A stretch of 64,000 bases of DNA from Candidatus Hydrogenedentota bacterium (GCA_963674865.2 CAXXYE010000009.1:1024001-1088000), one strand, 5' to 3'. Shown: positions 51,201 through 60,410, counted from the first letter of the stretch. Translations and numbers: made by a program. The notes: generated by a model from the letters alone, not told the origin.

Positions 51201-51383
51201 GATATCGCCAAGGCCTGCCTCCACCTTGTTGCGCGCCCAGGCACAGACAACTTGGTAGGCGCTCTGGCGTCGCCCGCGCTTTTCAGACTCCAGCATCCAA
51301 CTGAAACGCGGCTGGAGCACATCGATTCCGCGGGGATTCTCCTTGTATTCAACTTTGAGTGACGTGGGCTTCAATCCGGCCAT
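48201..51383 (-). CDS. GH78 alpha-L-rhamnosidase family protein
   Basis: PRFSW, WDSGKV, ALGLYEL, PGWTDF, DLGQNMVG, PTDCPQRDERLGWLGD, GATTIWERW, MNSFNHYAYGAV. Extra CBM67-like insert. Start is 51383 or 51416. Confidence 0.93.
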   Translation of the reverse strand: MAGLKPTSLKVEYKENPRGIDVLQPRFSWMLESEKRGRRQSAYQVVCAWARNKVEAGLGDIWDSGKVASDQSAQVAYDGFPLHSRWHCWWRVRVWDENGVEGPWSDIAWWEMGLLKDEDWQARWIGFDEPHPATLGRPEPPALDACAWMALPGDDLMRGGPHPPRVYRGMVEIPEGRDIQRAQCVLSSGGQFTLFVNGAEAGASDGRFWAWRRPALIDVTGRLEAGENTLAIHATHVNSPMPASVIGVLEVAYDDGAIASIPVDGSWKGGEEFDSGWETRAFDDSDWPNLVEAGKAGDKPWGAFQPTVLEIPPCPYLRKDIALAKPVEQATVYASALGLYELRINGAKAGEDYFTPGWTDFDKRVYYNTYDVTEHLREGENALGLALGHGWYSGYLGYLLERRVDAERRPRALIQLEVTYTDGSKETFVTDTTWRAAHGPIIGSDFYMGEQYDARRELPGWDVAGFDDAEWSPVKEGALSAPQLQAYPGVPVQAHELLKPQAVSEPRPGVFILDLGQNMVGYVKLKVKGERGKKITLRFGEFLNPDGTLYVENLRGARCIDEYWLRGDGEEVWAPTFTFHGFRYVEITGYPETPGADALTGVVLHSATAPAGRFTSSHQMLNQLQSNILWGQKGNFLEVPTDCPQRDERLGWLGDAQVFCRTACFNMDTAAFFTKWMQDVEDAQHPNGAFPNVAPRVVSTAEGAPAWGDAGIIIPWTIYQCYGDTRLIEKHYAAMQEWIDYCGIDNPDLVRRNHLNNNYGDWLNKDDNIPKELIATAFFAYSARLLSKMATLIGREDDAARYERLLQDIKAAFINAFVHENGHIEGDTQTCYVLALHFDLLPEALRPAAVERLAQRVKDAGGHLTTGFVGCPYLLDALADGGRIDVAYQLLTNDTYPSWLYSVRHGATTIWERWDGWTEHGGFQDPGMNSFNHYAYGAVGDWMYRNLAGIDLDPEEPAYQHVIIRPRPGGGFTHAAGEYLSIRGPIATDWRVEDGAFTLKVSIPSNARATVYVPTTDADAVTEGGKSAAEAPGVEYEGMQGGAAVFEIGSGSYEFTSKVK

Positions 51384-51434
51384 GAGACTTCCTTTGCTGG
51401 TTTCGAGGTCTTCCATTACTTCGATTGCGGGCTC

Positions 51435-52484
51435 TCACGCGCGCTTGAAGGCCGAGAGGGTCTTCCATGCGCACTGCTCCCAGGTGAACTCCGCGGCGAG
51501 CTGCTGCCCGAGTTTGGCCTGGCGTTCCCGTTCGTCGTCGGACTCCGTAACGGCCCGGCGCATCGCCCCTACGAGCGACTTGGCGCTCTCCGGATTGCAG
51601 AAGATAGGGGCGCTTCCGGCGACTTCCGGAATGCCGCCCACCCGGCCCGCCGTGACGCGCGTGCCTGCACGCATGGCCTCGAGAACCGTGACGCCCGAAC
51701 CCTCGTACAACGAGGCACATACGCAGACGGCGGAGTGCTGGTAGAGTCCCGCGAGCTGCGTGGCCGGGCAGCGGTCGATGCGGAGTACGTGAGGCCCCCA
51801 ATCCTCAGGTTCGGCATCGCCGGGCGCCCCGACGACCACCAGGTTGTGAGGGTGCTCTTCCTCGAGTTTGTGGAATGCTTCCATGAGGACGGGGATGTTC
51901 TTTGTCTGCCGAGTCCGCCCGACAGCGAGGATGTACGGCTCTTCGACGACGCCGGGCTGGGATATCGCGAAAACGTCATCCACGCCCAGAGGGGCCACAA
52001 CGACCTTGTCCATGGGGATATCCAACACACGCAAGAGGTTCTCCCGGATGTACCGGGAGGGAGCCACCACGACGGATAGGGCGTTCGTGTACTTCGGGTG
52101 TCGCGGCTTCTTTGAGGCGAAGCGCCGACGGCTCGTTTCGGATTGTTCCCACGGGGATAGATCCATCACGTAGGGCACAACCGGCAACGGCGGCTTCTCG
52201 GGAACGCCGCTCAGATGAGTGAAGACGAGGTCGGCGCCGGCCCCGACCGCCGCCTCATACAGCAGTTGCTCAGGCCGGCCCGAGCGACCACGCCGAGTTT
52301 CTGCTTCGCTGAGGCAGAAGCGCTCCCAACCTGCGAACGAATCGTGGTTTTCGGCGTCGGTGAAGAGAAGAAAGCGCGTACTGGGCTGAAGCTCGCGCAT
52401 TTTGGCCAGGACACGCCGAAGGTAGAGTTCTTCGCCCCCCCCTTGGTGGGCCGTTAGGCTCAACGTGTTTACACCGATCAGCAT
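51435..52484 (-). CDS. GT4 family glycosyltransferase (MtfB/WbaZ-like)
   Basis: IGVNTLSL..GGGEELY, VVVAPLGVD, KNIPVL, ASLYEGSGVTVLEAMRAG, FTWEQCA. Confidence 0.88.
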   Translation of the reverse strand: MLIGVNTLSLTAHQGGGEELYLRRVLAKMRELQPSTRFLLFTDAENHDSFAGWERFCLSEAETRRGRSGRPEQLLYEAAVGAGADLVFTHLSGVPEKPPLPVVPYVMDLSPWEQSETSRRRFASKKPRHPKYTNALSVVVAPSRYIRENLLRVLDIPMDKVVVAPLGVDDVFAISQPGVVEEPYILAVGRTRQTKNIPVLMEAFHKLEEEHPHNLVVVGAPGDAEPEDWGPHVLRIDRCPATQLAGLYQHSAVCVCASLYEGSGVTVLEAMRAGTRVTAGRVGGIPEVAGSAPIFCNPESAKSLVGAMRRAVTESDDERERQAKLGQQLAAEFTWEQCAWKTLSAFKRA

Positions 52485-52518
52485 GCTATGCGCCGCCCTT
52501 TGGGCCTTGCGGAGTCGC

Positions 52519-52911
52519 CTACTCGATGTAGCCGAGGTCCGCGAGGCGCTGCCGAATCTGCTCTTCTTCTTCGGGGGAGTAGTCCGTGGATTCGAGGTCG
52601 ACTAGGCCCCGCTCGGCGAGTTGGTCGAGGATCTTCTCGGCGGCGAAGTCCGGTGTGTCGTTCGGGTCGATTGCTACGTCCATGCGCGCGCCCTCCGGCT
52701 CGACACCCTCGCAGGAGGCGATAACGATGACGCCGTTGCGGGCGAGCAGCGCGCATGCGCAAGCCGCCGCGACCGTATTGCCCAAGTGTTCGAGAGCGTC
52801 TGCGTCGATCTGTTCGACGTTCTTGCCCAGCTCGATGAGCCGCGCGCCGAGTACTTTGGCGGTATCGGCGGCTTGCTCGCCCGTCAACCGCAAGGATAGG
52901 CCTTGTCGCAT
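52519..52911 (-). CDS. Truncated adenylylsulfate kinase (CysC)-like protein lacking the P-loop
   Basis: GLSLRLTG..LIELGKNVEQIDAD..LLARNGVIVIAS aligns by eye with CysC, but GxSGxGKT is missing. Ends YSPEEEEQIRQRLADLGYIE. Confidence 0.65.
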   Translation of the reverse strand: MRQGLSLRLTGEQAADTAKVLGARLIELGKNVEQIDADALEHLGNTVAAACACALLARNGVIVIASCEGVEPEGARMDVAIDPNDTPDFAAEKILDQLAERGLVDLESTDYSPEEEEQIRQRLADLGYIE

Positions 52912-52921
52912 CTCATATCTC

Positions 52922-54313
52922 CTACGTAATGGGGCGTCCCTGCATATCCGGGGGCGTTTCGACGCCGAGGAGTCCCAGAATCGTCGGGGCGACGTCCATC
53001 AGGTTCAACCCCTCCAGTTGGACGCCCTTCTGCCCCGAACGGTTATCCATGATGAAAATGCCGTGATGATCGTGATTGGCGTCATCCGGCCCGGTGTCAT
53101 TCTCGAACGTGTAGATGCTGTTGTAGCCTACGGAGCCCACGGAGCGCCAGTTCAGGTCGCCGAAGTAGACGATGAGGTCCGGTGCGACGCCGTTGACCTT
53201 CCGGTATAGATCCCGCGGCTTGTGTGCCTTGCTTCCCAGGGGCCGGCCTTCATGGTCAGGCATGGCCTCGATGCGGCGGACGAGGTCGTCGCGAAAAGCC
53301 TCGTAATCTTCGGGGCGGACGACGCCCTCAGGCTCGCGCCCCTGCACGTTGATGAAGATGCGGGCATAGTAGCCGCCGGTGCTCCAAGCCTTGGTTTTGG
53401 CCCAGTCGATGCGGCAGTCTTCGATGCGCGTCTGCTTATCCGGGGCATTGTGGAGGGCGAGCAGGCCCTCCTGCATTAGCCATTGATTCACGCAGATCCC
53501 GCCCACCATGGGTTTGGCGCCGTGATCCGATACCACCAGCACCGCGGTGTCGTCGCCCACGCGGCTGACGAGGTCGCCGATTCGCTCATCGACGGCTTGG
53601 TAGAAATCGCGGAAGATGTTTTCATACGGATTGCCCGGCTCGAATTGCGGATGGCGAGGATCGCAAAACCGCCACAATGCGTGATGGAGCCGGTCCATGC
53701 CCATCTCGACGAGCATGAAGAAATCCCACGGCTTGCCGTCCATCAGATGGCGGGCGGCGTCGAACCGGTTATGCATGAGGGCGAAGATCCGCTCGATCAG
53801 CCCATCCTTGTCCTCCGTGCGGAAATCCTTCACGTCGATGATGTAGCGCCCGAGTGCGGCATCGAGTTCCTGTTTGAGCGCCTTGGGATAGGTGAAGTCC
53901 GTCGCCGACTCCGGCGCGAGAAAACCTGACACGAGCCAGCCGTTGACGGGCTTGGGCGGATACGTCTGCGGCACGCCGAGCACCGCCACCTTCTTCCCGG
54001 CGCGTGAGAGGATGTCCCATACGCGCTTCTCCCTTACTGCGGTGGCGTTGGCCGTGAAGAGGGCGTCGTAGGAATGATCTTTGCGGTTCCGGAAGCCGTA
54101 GAAGCCGAGAGCGCCGGGATCCTTGCCCGATGTCATCGCGGCCCATGCAGGAACGGTGATGGGCGGATGGCAACTCCTCAGAGGCCCCCAGCATCCGGCG
54201 TTCATGAGGGCCCGAAGATGCGGCAAGTCAAAATCTTGAGGCCCGAAGACGAACTGGGGCGTGGCGCAATCCAGCCCGATGACTAGGACGCGTCTGATGT
54301 GCGAGGTCCCCAT
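52922..54313 (-). CDS. Alkaline phosphatase superfamily type I phosphodiesterase/nucleotide pyrophosphatase (COG3379-like)
   Basis: VLVIGLDCA, PPITVPAW..M.SGKDPG.LGFYGFRNR, DRLHH, VVSDHG, NDTGPDDANH, DVAPTIL. Confidence 0.9.
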   Translation of the reverse strand: MGTSHIRRVLVIGLDCATPQFVFGPQDFDLPHLRALMNAGCWGPLRSCHPPITVPAWAAMTSGKDPGALGFYGFRNRKDHSYDALFTANATAVREKRVWDILSRAGKKVAVLGVPQTYPPKPVNGWLVSGFLAPESATDFTYPKALKQELDAALGRYIIDVKDFRTEDKDGLIERIFALMHNRFDAARHLMDGKPWDFFMLVEMGMDRLHHALWRFCDPRHPQFEPGNPYENIFRDFYQAVDERIGDLVSRVGDDTAVLVVSDHGAKPMVGGICVNQWLMQEGLLALHNAPDKQTRIEDCRIDWAKTKAWSTGGYYARIFINVQGREPEGVVRPEDYEAFRDDLVRRIEAMPDHEGRPLGSKAHKPRDLYRKVNGVAPDLIVYFGDLNWRSVGSVGYNSIYTFENDTGPDDANHDHHGIFIMDNRSGQKGVQLEGLNLMDVAPTILGLLGVETPPDMQGRPIT

Positions 54314-54697
54314 CACTGCGCACCCGTCTTCGGATATGAGCACAACACAAGCAACACGATGTAACCTCCTCGAAACGGGTGATTAGTGGCTGGAACGCCG
54401 AACGTCGGGCCGCCTGGAGCGCGCCGCGCGTCGACCAGGCCCTAGTGTACCAAGCCCGCCGCGGCCCGCTCAACCAAAGAACCTGTGCCGGACGCTTTCA
54501 TGTGATGTCGGCCCGGCCCGGTGGTAAGAACAAGTGACGCGGATTGTTGAGCCCCGTGGCGTATCGTCAAGGACCGCGCCGGCCCCTGCGCTTTGGCCCG
54601 GATATTTGTTGACACTATTGGGCAACGGGGCAGTGTTGCGAATACCGTATGGCCACTTAAGCATTTGATGTATCGGCAATTGCGGACGCTTTCTTTA

Positions 54698-54726
54698 TTG
54701 ACAGAACATGCGTTCTATGCTATAAG
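54698..54726 (+). promoter_or_regulatory. Near-consensus sigma70 promoter with AGAAC-N4-GTTCT palindrome in the spacer
   Basis: TTGACA (54698-54703), 17 nt, TATAAG (54721-54726) with a TGn extension. Palindrome AGAACATGCGTTCT at 54703-54716. Confidence 0.7.
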
Positions 54727-54971
54727 GACGGTGACATGTTCTACAGGTTTGAGCGGTTGATCTGTGTGCACGGATCGTAAACAGTCTTGCGCTGTGTCCG
54801 TGTGCAGAGGTACCCTTGTACCACGAGGGGAGACTCGACGGCGGGCGCTGTCTTCACCGAAGGGCGTGCCGCTTCCAGAAGATGTTCGAGCGACCCGGCG
54901 TGACCTGAACCTCTTCAGGATTAGGCCGGTTTGGCCCAGGTAGGTGCTGCTGGTTGCCGGAGGTAGATGAC

Positions 54972-57900
54972 GTGAAAAAGAGAATTACTCTTTGGTGGTG
55001 CGTGGGCTTGGCCGTACTGACGGCGCTGAGTCTCCTGCTTGGGCACTCAATCGGTTCCCAAGACGGCGGCCTCGCTTATGCGAAGGTTCGGACGGAGGCT
55101 CCTCTCGCGTCGACGGCCCAGGCCGACTTGCCTTCCGGGCTCGATGTGTCTGCTGCGGGGGCTCGAGTTGGGGAGATGGCGTTCAAAGACACCCTGTACG
55201 CCTACGCGGCCCAGAAGCAAGGATATGAGGGCGAAGGCGAAGGCGAAGGCGAAGGCGAGGTGTTCGTGGCGAACCTCGATGTCGCTGATGCCATCGACGA
55301 GAATGACCAGGGTGGCTTGGTCCCTTTAATGGATTGGGTGGCCTTGTTTCGCCTGAACCTCTACTATGACTTGGACGAACAGAACCCACAACCGGCGCCG
55401 CGCTATTTGACGCGCCTGGAGTTCACTATAAGGGCCGACGACCGGACCCCGGAGCAGCTCGGCTACGCGAATGTCGGCGGGCCGGAACTGTCCGACTTGC
55501 TCGAGTTCGGACTTTTCACTGACACTTTTGCCGACAGCGCAACCTACGACGGCGTCCTCGACACGGTCTATGATCAACAACTGCTGACTTGGGACCCGGC
55601 GGATCCCGGGCCTTATGGCACCCTCACGTACGGTGGTCCAGGCAACCTTGCCTATACCTTCGATTTCGTGGGCAATGGCACTCCCGGTAATCCCGAGTTT
55701 CCTCTCCCCAACGGGCCACTCGGTGAGACGTATCCGGGCCGGTTCTACTACGTTGCGGTGCGCACATCGGCCACATGGCGCAGCCAGTTGACTTTGTCCT
55801 ACGAAGTAACCAACGTGGAGCAGGCGGAGCAGGGGTCGGGTGTCATATACGCTGAGGAAGATTCCTACAGCCCCAGTTTTCTTGAGGGTGAGACACTCCT
55901 TCCGGGGACGGGCTACAGTTCAAGTTTCGCCGTCTGGGACATTTCTGGGGGCGGCGAGGATGTTCTGGATGCGGGGCGTTTCAACGCCTGGAATTGGCCT
56001 TTCCACTACTATACCCCGACGGCGGAGTACTTCCGACCCCGGTGGGACGTTTCGGGCCAGTTTGTGGATATGGTTGCGGGCGAATGGCTTGAGATGCGGC
56101 GTCTATTCGCCCTGGAGACTTGGGTTCCCGCGGTGGGCATCAATGTTCATAGCGCGCCGTCTCTCCATTTCGTGGGCCTGGACGATACCGACCAGACCGG
56201 CCATGAGATTGAATATCCGCCTAAACAGCCTCAATTACGCGAAGTCAATGCCGTGTTCACGGATATCGGGGGCAATCCTAACGGCACGCCGGGCAATGGA
56301 GGCTTTGAGCCGCGCGACGGCTTCGACCGCTGGACCACCTCTGGTATGGGAGAAGGGGGCGGCCTCCTGGCGCCGAACGTCGCCTATAACGGGGCCTGGG
56401 TGTGGCATGACGGCGGGGGAACCGCCGGTGTCTTTGATCCGCCGACGCCCAACAGTTACGAGAGTGGCGGCGGTATCTCGCTTAACGGAGACACGCCCCT
56501 CGGTGACGACTTCGATCCATTTGTCTCAGGACTTGACGGGCCCTTTATTGACCTCTGGCAATATGAACCGTATCCCGCCTATGGGGGCGATCCCTGGTGG
56601 AAGATCAAGATGCGTTTTGTCGGCTCGGATTCGGACCGCGTCGAGGCGGTTCCGGACATGTTCTGTTCCTTTCCTTCCTCCAGTGAGTATTCGCTGGACT
56701 ATTTCGTTGTCTTCCGTGCGGACAGCGGCTATCAGGATGCGTCAATGTGGCCGGGCGACGGCACCGGCCTAACGCCGGGCGCTGATTTCCGCGTCTTTAT
56801 CGAGCCGCGAAACTACAACGCGGAAACGGGCCATTACGACGGCGGTATCCATGTGGATAGCATGATCCCGGGAGTGGGCAATACCATCCTGAATCTGTCG
56901 GGCGGCAGCGCTTGGCAGGATGACGACCGCTGGGGGAGCGACGAGCCTTGGTGGCCTCAGCGAACCACCGATATTCGCAACACCAAGCCTATGAAGTTCG
57001 GCCTGGAGGTCCATGACCTCGTGTTGACGTATGACACCAACAACTTCGAAGGCAGAGTCACCGGCATCGACTACCGGGATTCCTGGTGCGACGCCAACTA
57101 TTTCGGCTTCAGCGAATCATTCCTAGGCCTGAGCGAATTCGACTCTTGGCTGGATCCGTACGGCTTCTACGTGGATCAGTTTCTCAACGGGCACGGCGCT
57201 ACGACGACCCATTTCGTTTCGGGCGGCGTGGCCACCTTCACTGCCTCCGGTGAAGATGCGTCCATCGAGTTCAGTTACGAAATTGACGATATCCTGCATG
57301 ATTTGCACTTTCCTTTTGAGAGTGTGCCTTTCTACATTTCCGTGCTGGACGATCCGCTATATGGCCCGCGTTCGGTGTATTACCCCTACCCGCCCGCGGC
57401 CCCGACGCTGCCGGAATACGATTCGTGGTTGCCGTTTCAGCCGGAGCCGTCCACGCTGCCTCCCGGGCAGTACCCTCGCCTGAGCGACTGGCCGATCGCG
57501 GATCGGGCAAGCCGCCTGCTGAAACAGCACACGGATGTCCAGAGCACGCCGACCGCTATGCTCGGAATCAACGTCACCGCGGCCAACGACCCCGTCGTCA
57601 ATCGCGTGAATCAGTCCTATCTTGACCGTATCACGGTTGCCTTCTGGGGGCCGGACTTCACGCCTGAGGACCTGATGGACCTTGATCCAACATCCGAGAT
57701 CTCCGGCGTTTCCCTGTGGGAAGATTCCGATGGCCTGGGCGGCGGCGGCCCGACGGCCGGCGTCTTCTTCGGCCGGCCCTTCGAGGACTTCTTCGGCGCG
57801 CCGATCCCCTTTGACGCGGTCGTGCCCTTGGTTGACCTTGAATGGCCGTCCGAACCGGAACGGATCGACCTTGACGGTGATGGCCTTCCCGATGACATGA

Positions 57901-60410
57901 ACGGCGATGGCGTCGTGGATGACCTGGACCGCGCCTGGGTGCTGCGCCTGGCGCTGCAGGATGCGTGGCGCGTCCCTTACGAGGATAGCGACGGCGCATC
58001 CGAGACGAGCATATGCCTTGGATGCGAGGGGACCATCGTTGGTGCATCCGTGAAGTCCGGCGAGGTGGACGATTCCCCTGTAGGCGCGGAGTCGCCCGTG
58101 CAGCATATTGATCTTGCCGGCCTAGCCAGTGCCAAGGCCGCTGCCAAAGTGTTGGACCCGCCCGATTTCAGCGAAGGCGACGACCTATTCATCGCCGTGC
58201 GCACCTCGTCGAATATGTCCCGGTTTGAGCAGTTCCGCGCCGTCATTCCGGCCACGCTGCCCGACCGCTCTAGTGTCTCTGAAAAACAGGCGGGGATCAG
58301 GTTTCTCCCCAAGGCCTACCCTGCCGCGGACTCCTATGTGAAATTCAATCCTGAAGAGGGGGCCGTTCAGGATTACTACTACCACGATATGCTGGAAAGC
58401 AATGTCCCTGTCAGGCTCAAAGACCTGACGAGCCGTTCGCAGCGTATCCAGCCGAAGTCGTCGCCCACGGCGCTGCTCGGCATCGACGCGTCCACCAACC
58501 TGCCTGATAATACTGTCTTGTCAGGTACGGGCGGTGAGGGCGGCGAGGGCTCGTTTGCCCTGAGTCCGGATCCGGGATGGACCGAAGACGCCTTTGCCGG
58601 CCACTGGCTGGTGGATACCACCTTCCGGTCCTTCGCGATTGTCTCGAACGATACCTATTCACTGGCCCTTTCGTTTGGCGAACCGGCCAACACGGGCGCC
58701 TCCACCGATCAGTGGTGGATTGTGAAAAACCCGACCTTTCTCGAGCAGGTGATTGTCGAGTTCTATAATGTTCAAGATGATGACCTAGGCGATAATGAGA
58801 TCGGCGATTTTGATTTCAAGGCCGGCGAAGATCTTCTGCCGCTGGATATCGACCAGAAAAAGAGCGGCGTTGCGCTTTACCGCGATAACGATGCCGACCC
58901 GGACAACCGCAACGGCGTGTTCGATCCGGATATCGATCTGCCTCTGACGCTCGATGCTGCGCCTCTGTTCATCGGCGAACAGGGCGAGCCCGATACGCAG
59001 ATTCTCTTTGTCTTCTCCTCGCCCGGCACGGACAATTGGCCTGAGGCCATGGCGGATCAGCAGAATACGCGCCAATGGGTGCCCGACACATTCGGCCTGT
59101 CCGCCAACGACCCCTTCTATGGCTCGGATTTCTTCGTGGTGGTGCGGACCTCCGACAGCATTGACGAAGGCGACGACTTCCGAGTCGGCCTTGTTTCGTG
59201 GGGCCCCAATACGCCTACCGAGCCCGACCCCGATAGCTTCGTTGTCTTGCCGCCTCCGGAGACGCCGACAAGCGATCTGGCCGAGTTCCTTGAGTTCCCG
59301 TGGGGCTCCCGCGCGCTCGGCTTCATTACCATCTTCCGCGACGAGGATCTGCCGTGCAGCTACTATCTTGAACCGACGGTTCTCGCGGACGGCACCGGCC
59401 GCAAGATGCGCGCTCGGAAAGAACAGGATGCCAGTGGATTCAATTGGGTGCGGAGCTCATCCTCGCGGCATCTGCAGACCAACACCATCACCGCGCAGAA
59501 GGCCAGTGAGACGGAGTCGGAGGTCGTGATTAGTTCGGCCTCCGAATCGGAACTGCCGGCCGTCACCCAGACTGGCGGATTCGACTTCATCATCCGCGGT
59601 TCGGGCTTTGGATCCTCCCCTGAGGTTACGCTGAACGGCATTCCCCTTACCGTGACGACCGTCGTGAGCGGGGCCATCGATGTGACGATTACGGAAGGCA
59701 CTTCGCTCACTGAGCCCGTTGAACTCACGGTGAGAAATCCCGTCACGGGTGGCGAGGCGACTCGGGATGACCTTTTCAGCCTTGGATCCTCGGATCGCGT
59801 GCAGCCTGAGATTAGCTTTGTTTCACCGACTACGGGTATGCAGAGCGATTTCCCCGTGCGGGTGTTCGGCTCGGACTTCAACCAGCTTAGCCTCATCCAA
59901 GTCCTGTTTGGTGATACGGTTATGCCTGTGCTGGCTGTTTCCGGCGATGGAACGGAGATACAAGTCGACTTCCCATCGGGAGGCATGCCGAAGACGGGCG
60001 CGCTTGATGTCACCGTCAGGAATTACAAGTCAGCGGCTATGGGGAGCTACGAGGAAGATGTCCTGCTATCCGGCTTCGCGTACACTAACGCGCCGGAGCG
60101 GCCCTGCTTCATCGCTACCGCGGCCTATGGCACGGCCTTTGAGAGCCGCCTGGATACATTCCGCACATTCAGGGACAATGTCCTTTTGAAGACGGCCGCA
60201 GGTACGGCCCTTGTTGACTTCTACTATCGCATGAGTCCGGATGCGGCGTCCGTCGTGGCCCAGCGGCCTTGGTTGGCGCTGCTTGTACGGCTCGTGCTCA
60301 CGCCGGTTGCTTGGGTGCTTGACCAGCCGTCCCTGCTTTTTGTCGGCTTACTGGCCTTGCTCATGCGCCGGAAATGGTGGCGGCGAGCCGTTGATCTGCC
60401 GCGGCCGTAG
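54972..60410 (+). CDS. Giant acidic cell-surface protein with IPT/TIG-like domains and C-terminal CFI-box-CTERM (1812 aa)
   Basis: GGAGGT RBS plus GTG, N-terminal hydrophobic signal, (EG)n linker, DLDGDGLPDDMNGDG Ca-type loop, two I.GS.F IPT-like domains, PCFIATAAYG...FRDNVLL..AG..LVDFYY..SP, then TM helix and RRK. Confidence 0.88.
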   Translation: MKKRITLWWCVGLAVLTALSLLLGHSIGSQDGGLAYAKVRTEAPLASTAQADLPSGLDVSAAGARVGEMAFKDTLYAYAAQKQGYEGEGEGEGEGEVFVANLDVADAIDENDQGGLVPLMDWVALFRLNLYYDLDEQNPQPAPRYLTRLEFTIRADDRTPEQLGYANVGGPELSDLLEFGLFTDTFADSATYDGVLDTVYDQQLLTWDPADPGPYGTLTYGGPGNLAYTFDFVGNGTPGNPEFPLPNGPLGETYPGRFYYVAVRTSATWRSQLTLSYEVTNVEQAEQGSGVIYAEEDSYSPSFLEGETLLPGTGYSSSFAVWDISGGGEDVLDAGRFNAWNWPFHYYTPTAEYFRPRWDVSGQFVDMVAGEWLEMRRLFALETWVPAVGINVHSAPSLHFVGLDDTDQTGHEIEYPPKQPQLREVNAVFTDIGGNPNGTPGNGGFEPRDGFDRWTTSGMGEGGGLLAPNVAYNGAWVWHDGGGTAGVFDPPTPNSYESGGGISLNGDTPLGDDFDPFVSGLDGPFIDLWQYEPYPAYGGDPWWKIKMRFVGSDSDRVEAVPDMFCSFPSSSEYSLDYFVVFRADSGYQDASMWPGDGTGLTPGADFRVFIEPRNYNAETGHYDGGIHVDSMIPGVGNTILNLSGGSAWQDDDRWGSDEPWWPQRTTDIRNTKPMKFGLEVHDLVLTYDTNNFEGRVTGIDYRDSWCDANYFGFSESFLGLSEFDSWLDPYGFYVDQFLNGHGATTTHFVSGGVATFTASGEDASIEFSYEIDDILHDLHFPFESVPFYISVLDDPLYGPRSVYYPYPPAAPTLPEYDSWLPFQPEPSTLPPGQYPRLSDWPIADRASRLLKQHTDVQSTPTAMLGINVTAANDPVVNRVNQSYLDRITVAFWGPDFTPEDLMDLDPTSEISGVSLWEDSDGLGGGGPTAGVFFGRPFEDFFGAPIPFDAVVPLVDLEWPSEPERIDLDGDGLPDDMNGDGVVDDLDRAWVLRLALQDAWRVPYEDSDGASETSICLGCEGTIVGASVKSGEVDDSPVGAESPVQHIDLAGLASAKAAAKVLDPPDFSEGDDLFIAVRTSSNMSRFEQFRAVIPATLPDRSSVSEKQAGIRFLPKAYPAADSYVKFNPEEGAVQDYYYHDMLESNVPVRLKDLTSRSQRIQPKSSPTALLGIDASTNLPDNTVLSGTGGEGGEGSFALSPDPGWTEDAFAGHWLVDTTFRSFAIVSNDTYSLALSFGEPANTGASTDQWWIVKNPTFLEQVIVEFYNVQDDDLGDNEIGDFDFKAGEDLLPLDIDQKKSGVALYRDNDADPDNRNGVFDPDIDLPLTLDAAPLFIGEQGEPDTQILFVFSSPGTDNWPEAMADQQNTRQWVPDTFGLSANDPFYGSDFFVVVRTSDSIDEGDDFRVGLVSWGPNTPTEPDPDSFVVLPPPETPTSDLAEFLEFPWGSRALGFITIFRDEDLPCSYYLEPTVLADGTGRKMRARKEQDASGFNWVRSSSSRHLQTNTITAQKASETESEVVISSASESELPAVTQTGGFDFIIRGSGFGSSPEVTLNGIPLTVTTVVSGAIDVTITEGTSLTEPVELTVRNPVTGGEATRDDLFSLGSSDRVQPEISFVSPTTGMQSDFPVRVFGSDFNQLSLIQVLFGDTVMPVLAVSGDGTEIQVDFPSGGMPKTGALDVTVRNYKSAAMGSYEEDVLLSGFAYTNAPERPCFIATAAYGTAFESRLDTFRTFRDNVLLKTAAGTALVDFYYRMSPDAASVVAQRPWLALLVRLVLTPVAWVLDQPSLLFVGLLALLMRRKWWRRAVDLPRP
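55227..55259 (+). repeat. (GAAGGC)n in-frame microsatellite encoding EGEGEGEGEGE
   Basis: gagggc-(gaaggc)4-gag. Confidence 0.9.

Noticed and set aside
54730..54960. Riboswitch or ncRNA in the long leader, also considered for 62870-63350
   Set aside because: No recognisable riboswitch consensus by eye. An Rfam/Infernal scan would be needed.
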